Made by a program: the position numbers and the translations under genes
Notes under the pieces: model-generated
Databases searched by the model: none
The model's input: the letters and a program-made list of their open reading frames with translations, nothing else
What the model was told of the DNA's origin: nothing
Shown here: in pieces, positions 13,001 to 28,000 of the stretch
How the letters are laid out: each line of letters begins with the position of its first letter
Position numbering within the stretch: the first letter of the stretch is position 1
Assembly: GCF_009914755.1 (NCBI RefSeq)
Contig: NC_060945.1
DNA length: 64,000 nucleotides
Direction: 5' to 3' (one strand)
DNA from: the human T2T-CHM13v2.0 reference genome, Homo sapiens

Positions 13001-16000
13001 CAGGTGATATAACTCTTCTCTAGGATCTGACCACAGGGTGCTTTGTGGCATTTCCCTGCAATGATCACCGAGGTGATATACCACTTGTCAGGGCTCTGCC
13101 TACAGGGGCATTGCAACGTATCTCTGCACTGATCACCACGGTCTTGTAACTCTTTTCTAGGATCTGCCCACAGGGTGCCTTGTGACGTATCCCAGCAAGG
13201 ATTACCCAGGTGATGTACCTCTCATCAAGGCTCTGCCTACAGGCACATTGCGATGTATCTCTGCACTGATCACCTAGGTCATGTAACTTTTGTCTAGGCT
13301 CTGCCTACGATGGCATTGTGACATATCTCTGCACTAATCATCCAAGTGATGTAACCCTTGTCTAGGATCTGCCTAAATTAACTTTGTGACGTAACCCTGT
13401 ACTGATCATCCAGGTGATGGGGCTTTTGTCTAGGCTCTGCCTAAGGGGGCATTGTGACTTATTTCTGCATTGATCACCCAGGTGGCGAACTCTTCTCTTG
13501 GATCTGCCTATGGGGGCATTGTGACAAATCTCTGCACTGATCACCCAGGTGATGTAACTGTTGTGTAACCTCTGCCTACAGGGGAATTGTGAGAGATCTC
13601 GCCACTGATCACCCAAGTGACGTAACCATTGTCTAGGCTTTGCGTACAGGGGGCTTTGTGACATACCTTTGCACTGATCACCCAGGTGATGTAACACATC
13701 TAAGTTCGGCCTAAAGGAGCTTTGTGACATATCTCTGCACTGATCACCTAGGTGATGGAACACTTTTATAAGCACTGCCTACAGGGAATTTTGACAAATC
13801 TCTGCACTGATCACCTAGGTGATGTAACTCTTGTCTACCCTCTGTCCAACGGGGCATTGTGAAATATCTCTGCACTGATCACCCAGGTGATTCAACTCTT
13901 GACTAGGATCTGCCTACAGAGGTTATTGTGAAATATCTCTGCACTGATAAACTAGGTGGTGTAATCCTTATCGAAGCTCTGCCTACAGGGGCGTTTTCAC
14001 ATATCCCTGAAGTGATGACAAAGGTGATGTAACTCTTGCCTAGGCTTTGCCTACAGGGGACATAGGACATATATCTGCGCTGATCACCCAGGTGATGCAA
14101 CTCTAGCCTAGGCTTTGCCTACAGGGGACATTGTGACATATCGCTTCAATGATCACCCATGTGATGCAACTCTTGCCTTGGCTTTGCCTACAGGGGACAT
14201 TGTGACATATCTCTGCACTGATCTCCCATGTGCTGTAACATTAGTCTAGACTCTGGCTACACGGCATTGTGACATATCACTGCACTAATCAACCAGGTGA
14301 TATAACTCTTGTCTAGGCCCTGCCTACAGGGGGCTTGTGACATATCTCTGCACTGATCACCCAGGTGATATAACTCTTCTCTAGGGTCTGCCTACAGGGT
14401 GCTTTGCGACATATCCCTGCAATGATCACCCAGGTGATCTAACTCTTGTTTAAGCTCTGCCTAAAGGGGCATTGTGACAGATCTCTGCACTGATCACTCA
14501 GGTGATGTAACTATTGTCTAGGCTCTGCTTAAAGGGGCCTTGTCACATACCTCTGCACTGATCACCCAGGTGATGTAACTCTTGTCTAGCCTCTGCTTTC
14601 ACGGCATATTGTGACATATCTATGCGCTGATCACCTTAGTGATGTAACACTTGTGTAGGCTCGGCCTACAGGGGAATATTGACATATCTCTGCACTGTTA
14701 ACCGAGGTGATTTAACTCTTGTCTAGGCTGTGCCCACAGGGGGATTGAGACATGTCTCTGCCATGATCCCGAGGTGATCCAACTGTTGCCTGGTCTCTGC
14801 CTACTGGGGACATTGTGACATATCTCTGCACTGATCTCCCAGGTGCTGTAATTTTAGTCTAGGCTCTGGCTACACGGCATTGTGACATATCACTGCACTG
14901 ATCACCCAGGTTATATAAATCTTGTCTAGGCTCTGCCTACAATGGCCTTGTGACATATCTCTGCACTGATCTCCCAGGTGCTGTAACTTTAGTCTAGGCT
15001 CTGGCTACACGGCATTGTGACATACCACTGCACTGATCACCCAGGTGATATAAATCTTGTCTAGGCTCTGCCTACAATGGCCTTGTGACATATCTCTGCA
15101 CTGATCACCCAGGTGATATAACTCTTCTCTAGGATCTGACCACAGGGTGCTTTGTGGCATTTCCCTGCAATGATCACCCAGGTGATATACCACTTGCCAA
15201 GGCTCTGCCTACAGGGGCATTGCAATGTATCTCTGCACTGATCACCTCGGTCTTGTAACTCTTTTCTAGGATCTGCCCACAGGGTGCCTTGTGACGTATC
15301 CCAGCAAGGATTACCCAGGTGATGTACCTCTCATCAAGGCTCTGCCTACAGGCACATTGCGATGTATCTCTGCACTGATCACCTAGGTCATGTAACTTTT
15401 GTCTGGGCTCTGCCTACGATGGCATTGTGACATATCTCTGCACTAATCATCCAAGTGATGTAACCCTTGTCTAGGATCTGCCTAAATTAACTTTGTGACA
15501 TAACCCTGTACTGATCATCCAGGTGATGGGGCTTTTGTCTAGGCTCTGCCTAAGGGGGCATTGTGACATATTTCTGCATTGATCACGCAGGTGGCGAACT
15601 CTTCTCTTGGATCTGCCTATGGGGGCATTGTGATAAATCTCTGCACTCATCACCCAGGTGATGTAACTGTTGTGTAACCTCTGCCTACAGGGGAATTGTG
15701 AGAGATCTCGCCACTGATCACGCAAGTGATGTAACCATTGTCTAGGCTTTGCGTACAGGGGGCTTTGTGACATACCTTTGCACTGATCACCCAGGTGATG
15801 TAACACATCTAAGTTCGGCCTAAAGGAGCTTTGTGACATATCTCTGCACTGATCACTTAGGTGATGGAACACTTTTATAAGCACTGCCTACAGGGAATTT
15901 TGACAAATCTCTGCACTGATCACCTAGGTGATGTAACGCTTGTCTACCCTCTGTCCAACGGGGCATTGTGAAATATCTCTGCACTGATCACCCAGGTGAT

Positions 16001-19000
16001 TCAACTCTTGACTAGGATCTGCCTACAGAGGTTATTGTGAAATATCTCTGCACTGATAAACTAGGTGGTGTAATACTTATCGAAGCTCTGCCTACAGGTG
16101 CGTTTTCACATATCCCTGAAGTGATGACAAAGGTGATGTAACCCTTGCCTAGGCTTTGCCTACAGGGGACATAGGACATATATCTGCACTGATCACCCAG
16201 GTGATGCAACTCTATCCTAGGCTTTGCCTACAGGGGACATTGTGACATATCGCTTCAATGATCACCCATGTGATGCAACACTTGCCTAGGCTTTGCCTAC
16301 AGGGGACATTGTGACATATCTCTGCACTGATCTCCCAGGTGCTGCAACATTAATCTAGAGTCTGGCTACACGGCATTGTGACATATCACTGCACTGATCA
16401 ACCAGGTGATATAACTCTTGTCTAGGTCCTGCCTACAGAGGGCTTGTGACATATCTCTGCACTGATCACCCAGGTGATATAACTCTTCTCTAGGATCTGC
16501 CTACAGGGTGCTTTGCGACATATCCCTGCAATGATAACCCAGGTGATCTAACTCTTGTTTAAGCTCTGCCTAAAGGGGCATTGTGACAGACCTGTGCACT
16601 GATCACTAAGGTGATGTAACTATTGTCTAGGCTCTGCTTAAAGGGGCCTTGTCACATACCTCTGCACTGATAACCCAGGTGATGTAACTCTTGTCTAGCC
16701 TCTGCTTTCACGGCATATTGTAACATATCCATTCGCAGATCACCTTAGTGATGTAACAGTTGTGTAGGCTCGGCCTACAGGGGAATATTGACATATCTCT
16801 GCACTGTTAACCGAGGTGATTTAACTCTTGTCTAGGCTGTGCCCACAGGGGGATTGAGACATGTCTCTGCACTGATCCCGAGGTGATCCAACTGTTGCCT
16901 GGTCTCTGCCTACTGGGGACATTGTGACATATCTCTGCACTGATCTCCCAGGTGCTGTAACTTTAGTCTAGGCTCTGGCTACACGGCATTGTGACATATC
17001 ACTGCACTGATCACCCAGGTGATATAAATCTTGTCTAGGCTCTGCCTACAATGGCCTTGTGACATATCTCTGCACTGATCACCCAGGTGATATAACTCTT
17101 CTCTAGGATCTGACCACAGGGTGCTTTGTGGCATTTCCCTGCAATGATCACCCAGGTGATATACCACTTGCCAAGGCTCTGCCTACAGGGGCATTGCAAT
17201 GTATCTCTGCACTGATCACCTCGGTCTTGTAACTCTTTTCTAGGACCTGCCCACCGGGTGCCTTGTGACGTATCCCAGCAAGGATTACCCAGGTGATGTA
17301 CCTCTCATCAAGGCTCTGCCTACAGGCACATTGCGATGTATCTCTGCACTGATCACCTAGGTCATGTAACTTTTGTCTAGGCTCTGCCTACGATGGCATT
17401 GTGACATATCTCTGCACTAATCATCCAAGTGATGTAACCGTTGTCTAGGATCTGCCTAAATTAACTTTGTGACATAACCCTGTACTGATCATCCAGGTGA
17501 TGGGGCTTTTGTCTAGGCTCTGCCTAAGGGGGCATTGTGACATATTTCTGCATTGATCACCCAGGTGGCGAACTCTTCTCTTGGATCTGCCTATGGGGGC
17601 ATTGTGACAAATCTCTGCACTGATCACCCAGGTGATATAACTGTTGTGTAACCTCTGCCTACAGGGGAATTGTGAGAGATCTCGCCACTGATCACCCAAG
17701 TGATGTAACCATTGTCTAGGCTTTGCGTACAGGGGGCTTTGTGACATACCTTTGCACTGATCACCCAGGTGATGTAACACATCTAAGTTCGGCCTAAAGG
17801 AGCTTTGTGACATATCTCTGCACTGATCACTTAGGTGATGGAACACTTTTATAAGCACTGCCTACAGGGAATTTTGACAAATCTCTGCACTGATCACCTA
17901 GGTGATGTAATGCTTGTCTACCCTCTGTCCAACGGGGCATTGTGAAATATCTCTGCACTGATCACCCAGGTGATTCAACTCTTGACTAGGATCTGCCTAC
18001 AGAGGTTATTGTGAAATATCTCTGCACTGATAAACTAGGTGGTGTAATCCTTATCGAAGCTCTGCCTACAGGTGCGTTTTCACATATCCCTGAAGTGATG
18101 ACAAAGGTGATGTAACCCTTGCCTAGGCTTTGCCTACAGGGGACATAGGACATATATCTGCACTGATCACCCAGGTGATGCAACTGTAGCCTAGGCTTTG
18201 CCTACAGGGGACATTGTGACATATCGCTTCAATGATCACCCGTGTGATGCAACTCTTGCCTAGGCTTTGCCTACAGGGGACATTGTGACATATCTCTGCA
18301 CTGATCTCCCAGGTGCTGTAACATTAGTCCAGACTCTGGCTACACGGCATTGTGACATATCACTGCACTGATCAACCAGGTGATATAACTCTTGTCTAGG
18401 CCCTGCCTACAGGGGGCTTGTGACATATCTCTGCACTGATCACCCAGGTGATATAACTCTTCTCTAGGATCTGCCTACAGGGTGCTTTGCGACATATCCC
18501 TGCAATGATCACCCAGGTGATCTAACTCTTGTTTAAGCTCTGCCTAAAGGGGCATTGTGACAGACCTCTGCACTGATCACTCAGGTGATGTAACTATTGT
18601 CTAGGCTCTGCTTAAAGGGGCCTTGTCACATACCTCTGCACTGATCACCCAGGTGATGTAACTCTTGTCTAGACTCTGTTTCACGGCATATTGTGACATA
18701 TCTATGCGCTGATCACCTTAGTGATGTAACACTTGTGTAGGCTCGGCCTACAGGGGAATATTGACATATCTCTGCACTGTTAACCGAGGTGATTTAACTC
18801 TTGTCTAGGCTGTGCCCACAGGGTGATTGAGACATGTCTCTGCACTGATCCCGAGGTGATCCAACTGTTGCCTGGTCTCTGCCTACTGGGGACATTGTGA
18901 CATATCTCTGCACTGATCTCCCAGGTGCTGTAACTTTAGTCTAGGCTCTGGCTACACGGCATTGTGACATATCACTGCACTGATCACCCAGGTGATATAA

Positions 19001-22000
19001 ATCTTGTCTAGGCTCTGCCTACAATGGCCTTGTGACATATCTCTGCACTGATCACCCAGGTGATATAACTCTTCTCTAGGATCTGACCACAGGGTGCTTT
19101 GTGGCATTTCCCTGCAATGATCACCCAGGTGATATACCACTTGCCAAGGCTCTGCCTACAGGGGCATTGCAATGTATCTCTGCACTGATCACCTCGGTCT
19201 TGTAACTCTTTTCTAGGATCTGCCCACAGGGTGCCTTGTGACGTATCCCAGCAAGGATTACCCAGGTGATGTACCTCTCATCAAGGCTCTGCCTACAGGC
19301 ACATTGCGATGTATCTCTGCTCTGATCACCTAAGTCATGTAACTTTTGTCTAGGCTCTGCCTACGATGGCATTGTGACAAATCTCTGCACTAATCATCCA
19401 AGTGATGTAACCCTTGTCTAGGATCTGCCTAAAGTAACTTTGTGACATAACCCTGTACTGATCATCCAGGTGATGGGGCTTTTGTCTAGGCTCTGCCTAA
19501 GGGGGCATTGTGACATATTTCTGCATTGATCACCCAGGTGGCGAACTCTTCTCTTGGATCTGCCTATGGGGGCATTGTGACAAATCTCTGCACTCATCAC
19601 CCAGGTGATGTAACTGTTGTGTAACCTCTGCCTACAGGGGAATTGGGAGAGATCTCGCCACTGATCACCCAAGTGATGTAACCATTGTCTAGGCTTTGCG
19701 TACAGGGGCTTTGTGACATACCTTTGCACTGATCACCCAGGTGATGTAACACATCTAAATTCGACCTAAAGGAGCTTTGTGACATATCTCTGCACTGATC
19801 ACTTAGGTGATGGAACACTTTTATAAGCACTGCCTACAGGGAATTTTGACAAATCTCTGCACTGATCACCTAGGTGATGTAACTCTTGTCTACCCTCTGT
19901 CCAACGGGGCATTGTGAAATATCTCTGCACTGATCACCCAGGTGATTCAACTCTTGACTAGTATCTGCCTACAGAGGTTATTGTGAAATATCTCTGCACT
20001 GATAAACTAGGTGGTGTAATCCTTATCGAAGCTCTGCCTACAGGGGCGTTTTCACATATCCCTGAAGTGATGACAAAGGTGATGTAACCCTTGCCTAGGC
20101 TTTGCCTACAGGGGATATAAGACATATATCTGCACTGATCACCCAGGTGATGCAACTCTAGCCTAGGCTTTGCCTACAGGGGACATTGTGACATATCGCT
20201 TCAATGATCACCCATGTGATGCAACAATTGCCTAGGCTTTGCCTACAGGGGACATTGTGACATAAATCTGCACTGATCTCCCAGGTGCTGTAACATTAGT
20301 CTAGACTCTGGCTACACGGCATTGTGACATGTCACTGCACTGATCAACCAGGTGATATAACTCTTGTCTAGGCCCTGCCTACAGGGGGCTTGTGACATAT
20401 CTCTGCACTGATCACCCAGGTGATATAACTCTTCTCTAGGATCTGCCTACAGGGTGCTTTGCGACATATCCCTGCAATGATCACCCAGGTGATCTAACTC
20501 TTGTTTAAGCTCTGCCTAAAGGGGCATTGTGACAGACCTCTGCACTGATCACTCAGGTGATGTAACTATTGTCTAGGCTCTGCTTAAAGGGGCCTTGTCA
20601 CATACCTCTGCACTGATCACCCAGGTGATGTAACTCTTGTCTAGACTCTGTTTCACGGCATATTGTGACATATCTATGCGCTGATCACCTTAGTGATGTA
20701 ACACTTGTGTAGGCTCGGCCTACAGGGGAATATTGACATATCTCTGCACTGTTAACCGAGGTGATTTAACTCTTGTCTAGGCTGTGCCCACAGGGGGATT
20801 GAGACATGTCTCTGCACTGATCCCGAGGTGATCCAACTGTTGCCTGGTCTCTGCCTACTGGGGACATTGTGACATATCTCTGCACTGATCTCCCAGGTGC
20901 TGTAACTTTAGTCTAGGCTCTGGCTACACGGCATTGTGACATATCACTGCACTGATCACCCAGGTGATATAAATCTTGTCTAGGCTCTACCTACAATGGC
21001 CTTGTGACATATCTCTGCACTGATCACCCAGGTGATATAACTCTTCTCTAGGATCTGACCACAGGGTGCTTTGTGGCATTTCCCTGCAATGATCACCCAG
21101 GTGATATACCACTTGCCAAGGCTCTGCCTACAGGGGCATTGCAATGTATCTCTGCACTGATCACCTCGGTCTTGTAACTCTTTTCTAGGATCTGCCCACA
21201 GGGTGCCTTGTGACGTATCCCAGCAAGGATTACCCAGGTGATGTACCTCTCATCAAGGCTCTGCCTACAGGCACATTGCGATGTATCTCTGCTCTGATCA
21301 CCTAAGTCATGTAACTTTTGTCTAGGCTCTGCCTACGATGGCATTGTGACAAATCTCTGCACTAATCATCCAAGTGATGTAACCCTTGTCTAGGATCTGC
21401 CTAAAGTAACTTTGTGACATAACCCTGTACTGATCATCCAGGTGATGCGGCTTTTGTCTAGGCTCTGCCTAAGGGGGCATTGTGACATATTTCTGCATTG
21501 ATCACCCAGGTGGCGAACTCTTCTCTTGGATCTGCCTATGGGGGCATTGTGACAAATCTCTGCACTGATCACCCAGGTGATGTAACTGTTGTGTAACCTC
21601 TGCCTACAGGGGAATTGTGTGAGATCTCGCCACTGATCACCCAAGTGATGTAACCATTGTCTAGGCTTTGCGTACAGGGGGCTTTGTGACATACCTTTGC
21701 ACTGATCACCCAGGTGATGTAACACATCTAAGTTCGGCCTAAAGGAGCTTTGTGACATATCTCTGCACTGATCACTTAGGTGATGGAACACTTTTATAAG
21801 CACTGCCTACAGGGAATTTTGACAAATCTCTGCACTGATCACCTAGGTGATGTAACGCTTGTCTACCCTCTGTCCAACGGGGCATTGTGAAATATCTCTG
21901 CACTGATCACCCAGGTGATTCAACTCTTGACTAGGATCTGCCTACAGAGGTTATTGTGAAATATCTCTGCACTGATAAACTAGGTGGTGTAATCCTTATC

Positions 22001-25000
22001 GAAGCTCTGCCTGCAGGGGCGTTTTCACATATCCCTGAATTGATGACAAAGGTGATGTAACCCTTGCCTAGGCTTTGCCTACAGGGGACATAGGACATAT
22101 ATCTGCACTGATCACCCAGGTGATGCAACTCTAGCCTAGGCTTTGCCTACAGGGGACATTGTGACATATCTCTGCACTGATCTCCCAGGTGCTGTAACAT
22201 TAGTCTAGACTCTGGCTACACGGCATTGTGACATATCACTGCACTGATCAACCAGGTGATATAACTCTTGTCTAGGCCCTGACTACAGGGGGCTTGTGAC
22301 ATATCTCTGCACTGATCACCCAGGTGATATAACTCTTCTCTAGGGTCTGCCTACAGGGTGCTTTGCGACGTATCCCTGCAATGATCACCCAGGTGATCTA
22401 ACTCTTGTTTAAGCTCTGCCTAAAGGGGCATTGTGACAGACCTCTGCACTGATCACTCAGGTGATGTAACTATTGTCTAGGCTCTGCTTAAAGGGGCCTT
22501 GTCACATACCTCTGCACTGATCACCCAGGTGATGTAACTCTTGTCTAGACTCTGCTTTCACGGCATATTGTGACATATCTATGCGCTGATCACCTTAGTG
22601 ATGTAACACTTGTGTAGGCTCGGCCTACAGGGGAATATTGACATATCTCTGCACTGTTAACCGAGGTGATTTAACTCTTGTCTAGGCTGTGCCCACAGGG
22701 GGTTTGAGACATGTCTCTGCACTGATCCCGAGGTGATCCAACTGTTGCCTGGTCTCTGCCTACTGGGGACATTGTGACATATCTCCGCACTGATCTCCCA
22801 GGTGCTGTAATTTTAGTCTAGGCTCTGGCTACACGGCATTGTGACATATCACTGCACTGATCACCCAGGTGATATAAATCTTGTCTAGGCTCTGCCTACA
22901 ATGACCTTGTGACATATCTCTGCACTGATCACCCAGGTGATATAACTCTTCTCTAGGATCTGACCACAGGGTGCTTTGTGGCATTTCCCTGCAATGATCA
23001 CCGAGGTGATATACCACTTGTCAGGGCTCTGCCTACAGGGGCATTGCAACGTATCTCTGCACTGATCACCACGGTCTTGTAACTCTTTTCTAGGATCTGC
23101 CCACAGGGTGCCTTGTGACGTATCCCAGCAAGGATTACCCAGGTGATGTACCTCTCATCAAGGCTCTGCCTACAGGCACATTGCGATGTATCTCTGCACT
23201 GATCACCTAGGTCATGTAACTTTTGTCTAGGCTCTGCCTACGATGGCATTGTGACATATCTCTGCACTAATCATCCAAGTGATGTAACCCTTGTCTAGGA
23301 TCTGCCTAAATTAACTTTGTGACGTAACCCTGTACTGATCATCCAGGTGATGGGGCTTTTGTCTAGGCTCTGCCTAAGGGGGCATTGTGACTTATTTCTG
23401 CATTGATCACCCAGGTGGCGAACTCTTCTCTTGGATCTGCCTATGGGGGCATTGTGACAAATCTCTGCACTGATCACCCAGGTGATGTAACTGTTGTGTA
23501 ACCTCTGCCTACAGGGGAATTGTGAGAGATCTCGCCACTGATCACCCAAGTGACGTAACCATTGTCTAGGCTTTGCGTACAGGGGGCTTTGTGACATACC
23601 TTTGCACTGATCACCCAGGTGATGTAACACATCTAAGTTCGGCCTAAAGGAGCTTTGTGACATATCTCTGCACTGATCACCTAGGTGATGGAACACTTTT
23701 ATAAGCACTGCCTACAGGGAATTTTGACAAATCTCTGCACTGATCACCTAGGTGATGTAACTCTTGTCTACCCTCTGTCCAACGGGGCATTGTGAAATAT
23801 CTCTGCACTGATCACCCAGGTGATTCAACTCTTGACTAGGATCTGCCTACAGAGGTTATTGTGAAATATCTCTGCACTGATAAACTAGGTGGTGTAATCC
23901 TTATCGAAGCTCTGCCTACAGGGGCGTTTTCACATATCCCTGAAGTGATGACAAAGGTGATGTAACTCTTGCCTAGGCTTTGCCTACAGGGGACATAGGA
24001 CATATATCTGCGCTGATCACCCAGGTGATGCAACTCTAGCCTAGGCTTTGCCTACAGGGGACATTGTGACATATCGCTTCAATGATCACCCATGTGATGC
24101 AACTCTTGCCTTGGCTTTGCCTACAGGGGACATTGTGACATATCTCTGCACTGATCTCCCATGTGCTGTAACATTAGTCTAGACTCTGGCTACACGGCAT
24201 TGTGACATATCACTGCACTAATCAACCAGGTGATATAACTCTTGTCTAGGCCCTGCCTACAGGGGGCTTGTGACATATCTCTGCACTGATCACCCAGGTG
24301 ATATAACTCTTCTCTAGGGTCTGCCTACAGGGTGCTTTGCGACATATCCCTGCAATGATCACCCAGGTGATCTAACTCTTGTTTAAGCTCTGCCTAAAGG
24401 GGCATTGTGACAGATCTCTGCACTGATCACTCAGGTGATGTAACTATTGTCTAGGCTCTGCTTAAAGGGGCCTTGTCACATACCTCTGCACTGATCACCC
24501 AGGTGATGTAACTCTTGTCTAGCCTCTGCTTTCACGGCATATTGTGACATATCTATGCGCTGATCACCTTAGTGATGTAACACTTGTGTAGGCTCGGCCT
24601 ACAGGGGAATATTGACATATCTCTGCACTGTTAACCGAGGTGATTTAACTCTTGTCTAGGCTGTGCCCACAGGGGGATTGAGACATGTCTCTGCCATGAT
24701 CCCGAGGTGATCCAACTGTTGCCTGGTCTCTGCCTACTGGGGACATTGTGACATATCTCTGCACTGATCTCCCAGGTGCTGTAATTTTAGTCTAGGCTCT
24801 GGCTACACGGCATTGTGACATATCACTGCACTGATCACCCAGGTTATATAAATCTTGTCTAGGCTCTGCCTACAATGGCCTTGTGACATATCTCTGCACT
24901 GATCTCCCAGGTGCTGTAACTTTAGTCTAGGCTCTGGCTACACGGCATTGTGACATACCACTGCACTGATCACCCAGGTGATATAAATCTTGTCTAGGCT

Positions 25001-28000
25001 CTGCCTACAATGGCCTTGTGACATATCTCTGCACTGATCACCCAGGTGATATAACTCTTCTCTAGGATCTGACCACAGGGTGCTTTGTGGCATTTCCCTG
25101 CAATGATCACCCAGGTGATATACCACTTGCCAAGGCTCTGCCTACAGGGGCATTGCAATGTATCTCTGCACTGATCACCTCGGTCTTGTAACTCTTTTCT
25201 AGGATCTGCCCACAGGGTGCCTTGTGACGTATCCCAGCAAGGATTACCCAGGTGATGTACCTCTCATCAAGGCTCTGCCTACAGGCACATTGCGATGTAT
25301 CTCTGCACTGATCACCTAGGTCATGTAACTTTTGTCTGGGCTCTGCCTACGATGGCATTGTGACATATCTCTGCACTAATCATCCAAGTGATGTAACCCT
25401 TGTCTAGGATCTGCCTAAATTAACTTTGTGACATAACCCTGTACTGATCATCCAGGTGATGGGGCTTTTGTCTAGGCTCTGCCTAAGGGGGCATTGTGAC
25501 ATATTTCTGCATTGATCACGCAGGTGGCGAACTCTTCTCTTGGATCTGCCTATGGGGGCATTGTGATAAATCTCTGCACTCATCACCCAGGTGATGTAAC
25601 TGTTGTGTAACCTCTGCCTACAGGGGAATTGTGAGAGATCTCGCCACTGATCACGCAAGTGATGTAACCATTGTCTAGGCTTTGCGTACAGGGGGCTTTG
25701 TGACATACCTTTGCACTGATCACCCAGGTGATGTAACACATCTAAGTTCGGCCTAAAGGAGCTTTGTGACATATCTCTGCACTGATCACTTAGGTGATGG
25801 AACACTTTTATAAGCACTGCCTACAGGGAATTTTGACAAATCTCTGCACTGATCACCTAGGTGATGTAACGCTTGTCTACCCTCTGTCCAACGGGGCATT
25901 GTGAAATATCTCTGCACTGATCACCCAGGTGATTCAACTCTTGACTAGGATCTGCCTACAGAGGTTATTGTGAAATATCTCTGCACTGATAAACTAGGTG
26001 GTGTAATACTTATCGAAGCTCTGCCTACAGGTGCGTTTTCACATATCCCTGAAGTGATGACAAAGGTGATGTAACCCTTGCCTAGGCTTTGCCTACAGGG
26101 GACATAGGACATATATCTGCACTGATCACCCAGGTGATGCAACTCTATCCTAGGCTTTGCCTACAGGGGACATTGTGACATATCGCTTCAATGATCACCC
26201 ATGTGATGCAACACTTGCCTAGGCTTTGCCTACAGGGGACATTGTGACATATCTCTGCACTGATCTCCCAGGTGCTGCAACATTAATCTAGAGTCTGGCT
26301 ACACGGCATTGTGACATATCACTGCACTGATCAACCAGGTGATATAACTCTTGTCTAGGTCCTGCCTACAGAGGGCTTGTGACATATCTCTGCACTGATC
26401 ACCCAGGTGATATAACTCTTCTCTAGGATCTGCCTACAGGGTGCTTTGCGACATATCCCTGCAATGATAACCCAGGTGATCTAACTCTTGTTTAAGCTCT
26501 GCCTAAAGGGGCATTGTGACAGACCTGTGCACTGATCACTAAGGTGATGTAACTATTGTCTAGGCTCTGCTTAAAGGGGCCTTGTCACATACCTCTGCAC
26601 TGATAACCCAGGTGATGTAACTCTTGTCTAGCCTCTGCTTTCACGGCATATTGTAACATATCCATTCGCAGATCACCTTAGTGATGTAACAGTTGTGTAG
26701 GCTCGGCCTACAGGGGAATATTGACATATCTCTGCACTGTTAACCGAGGTGATTTAACTCTTGTCTAGGCTGTGCCCACAGGGGGATTGAGACATGTCTC
26801 TGCACTGATCCCGAGGTGATCCAACTGTTGCCTGGTCTCTGCCTACTGGGGACATTGTGACATATCTCTGCACTGATCTCCCAGGTGCTGTAACTTTAGT
26901 CTAGGCTCTGGCTACACGGCATTGTGACATATCACTGCACTGATCACCCAGGTGATATAAATCTTGTCTAGGCTCTGCCTACAATGGCCTTGTGACATAT
27001 CTCTGCACTGATCACCCAGGTGATATAACTCTTCTCTAGGATCTGACCACAGGGTGCTTTGTGGCATTTCCCTGCAATGATCACCCAGGTGATATACCAC
27101 TTGCCAAGGCTCTGCCTACAGGGGCATTGCAATGTATCTCTGCACTGATCACCTCGGTCTTGTAACTCTTTTCTAGGACCTGCCCACCGGGTGCCTTGTG
27201 ACGTATCCCAGCAAGGATTACCCAGGTGATGTACCTCTCATCAAGGCTCTGCCTACAGGCACATTGCGATGTATCTCTGCACTGATCACCTAGGTCATGT
27301 AACTTTTGTCTAGGCTCTGCCTACGATGGCATTGTGACATATCTCTGCACTAATCATCCAAGTGATGTAACCGTTGTCTAGGATCTGCCTAAATTAACTT
27401 TGTGACATAACCCTGTACTGATCATCCAGGTGATGGGGCTTTTGTCTAGGCTCTGCCTAAGGGGGCATTGTGACATATTTCTGCATTGATCACCCAGGTG
27501 GCGAACTCTTCTCTTGGATCTGCCTATGGGGGCATTGTGACAAATCTCTGCACTGATCACCCAGGTGATATAACTGTTGTGTAACCTCTGCCTACAGGGG
27601 AATTGTGAGAGATCTCGCCACTGATCACCCAAGTGATGTAACCATTGTCTAGGCTTTGCGTACAGGGGGCTTTGTGACATACCTTTGCACTGATCACCCA
27701 GGTGATGTAACACATCTAAGTTCGGCCTAAAGGAGCTTTGTGACATATCTCTGCACTGATCACTTAGGTGATGGAACACTTTTATAAGCACTGCCTACAG
27801 GGAATTTTGACAAATCTCTGCACTGATCACCTAGGTGATGTAATGCTTGTCTACCCTCTGTCCAACGGGGCATTGTGAAATATCTCTGCACTGATCACCC
27901 AGGTGATTCAACTCTTGACTAGGATCTGCCTACAGAGGTTATTGTGAAATATCTCTGCACTGATAAACTAGGTGGTGTAATCCTTATCGAAGCTCTGCCT

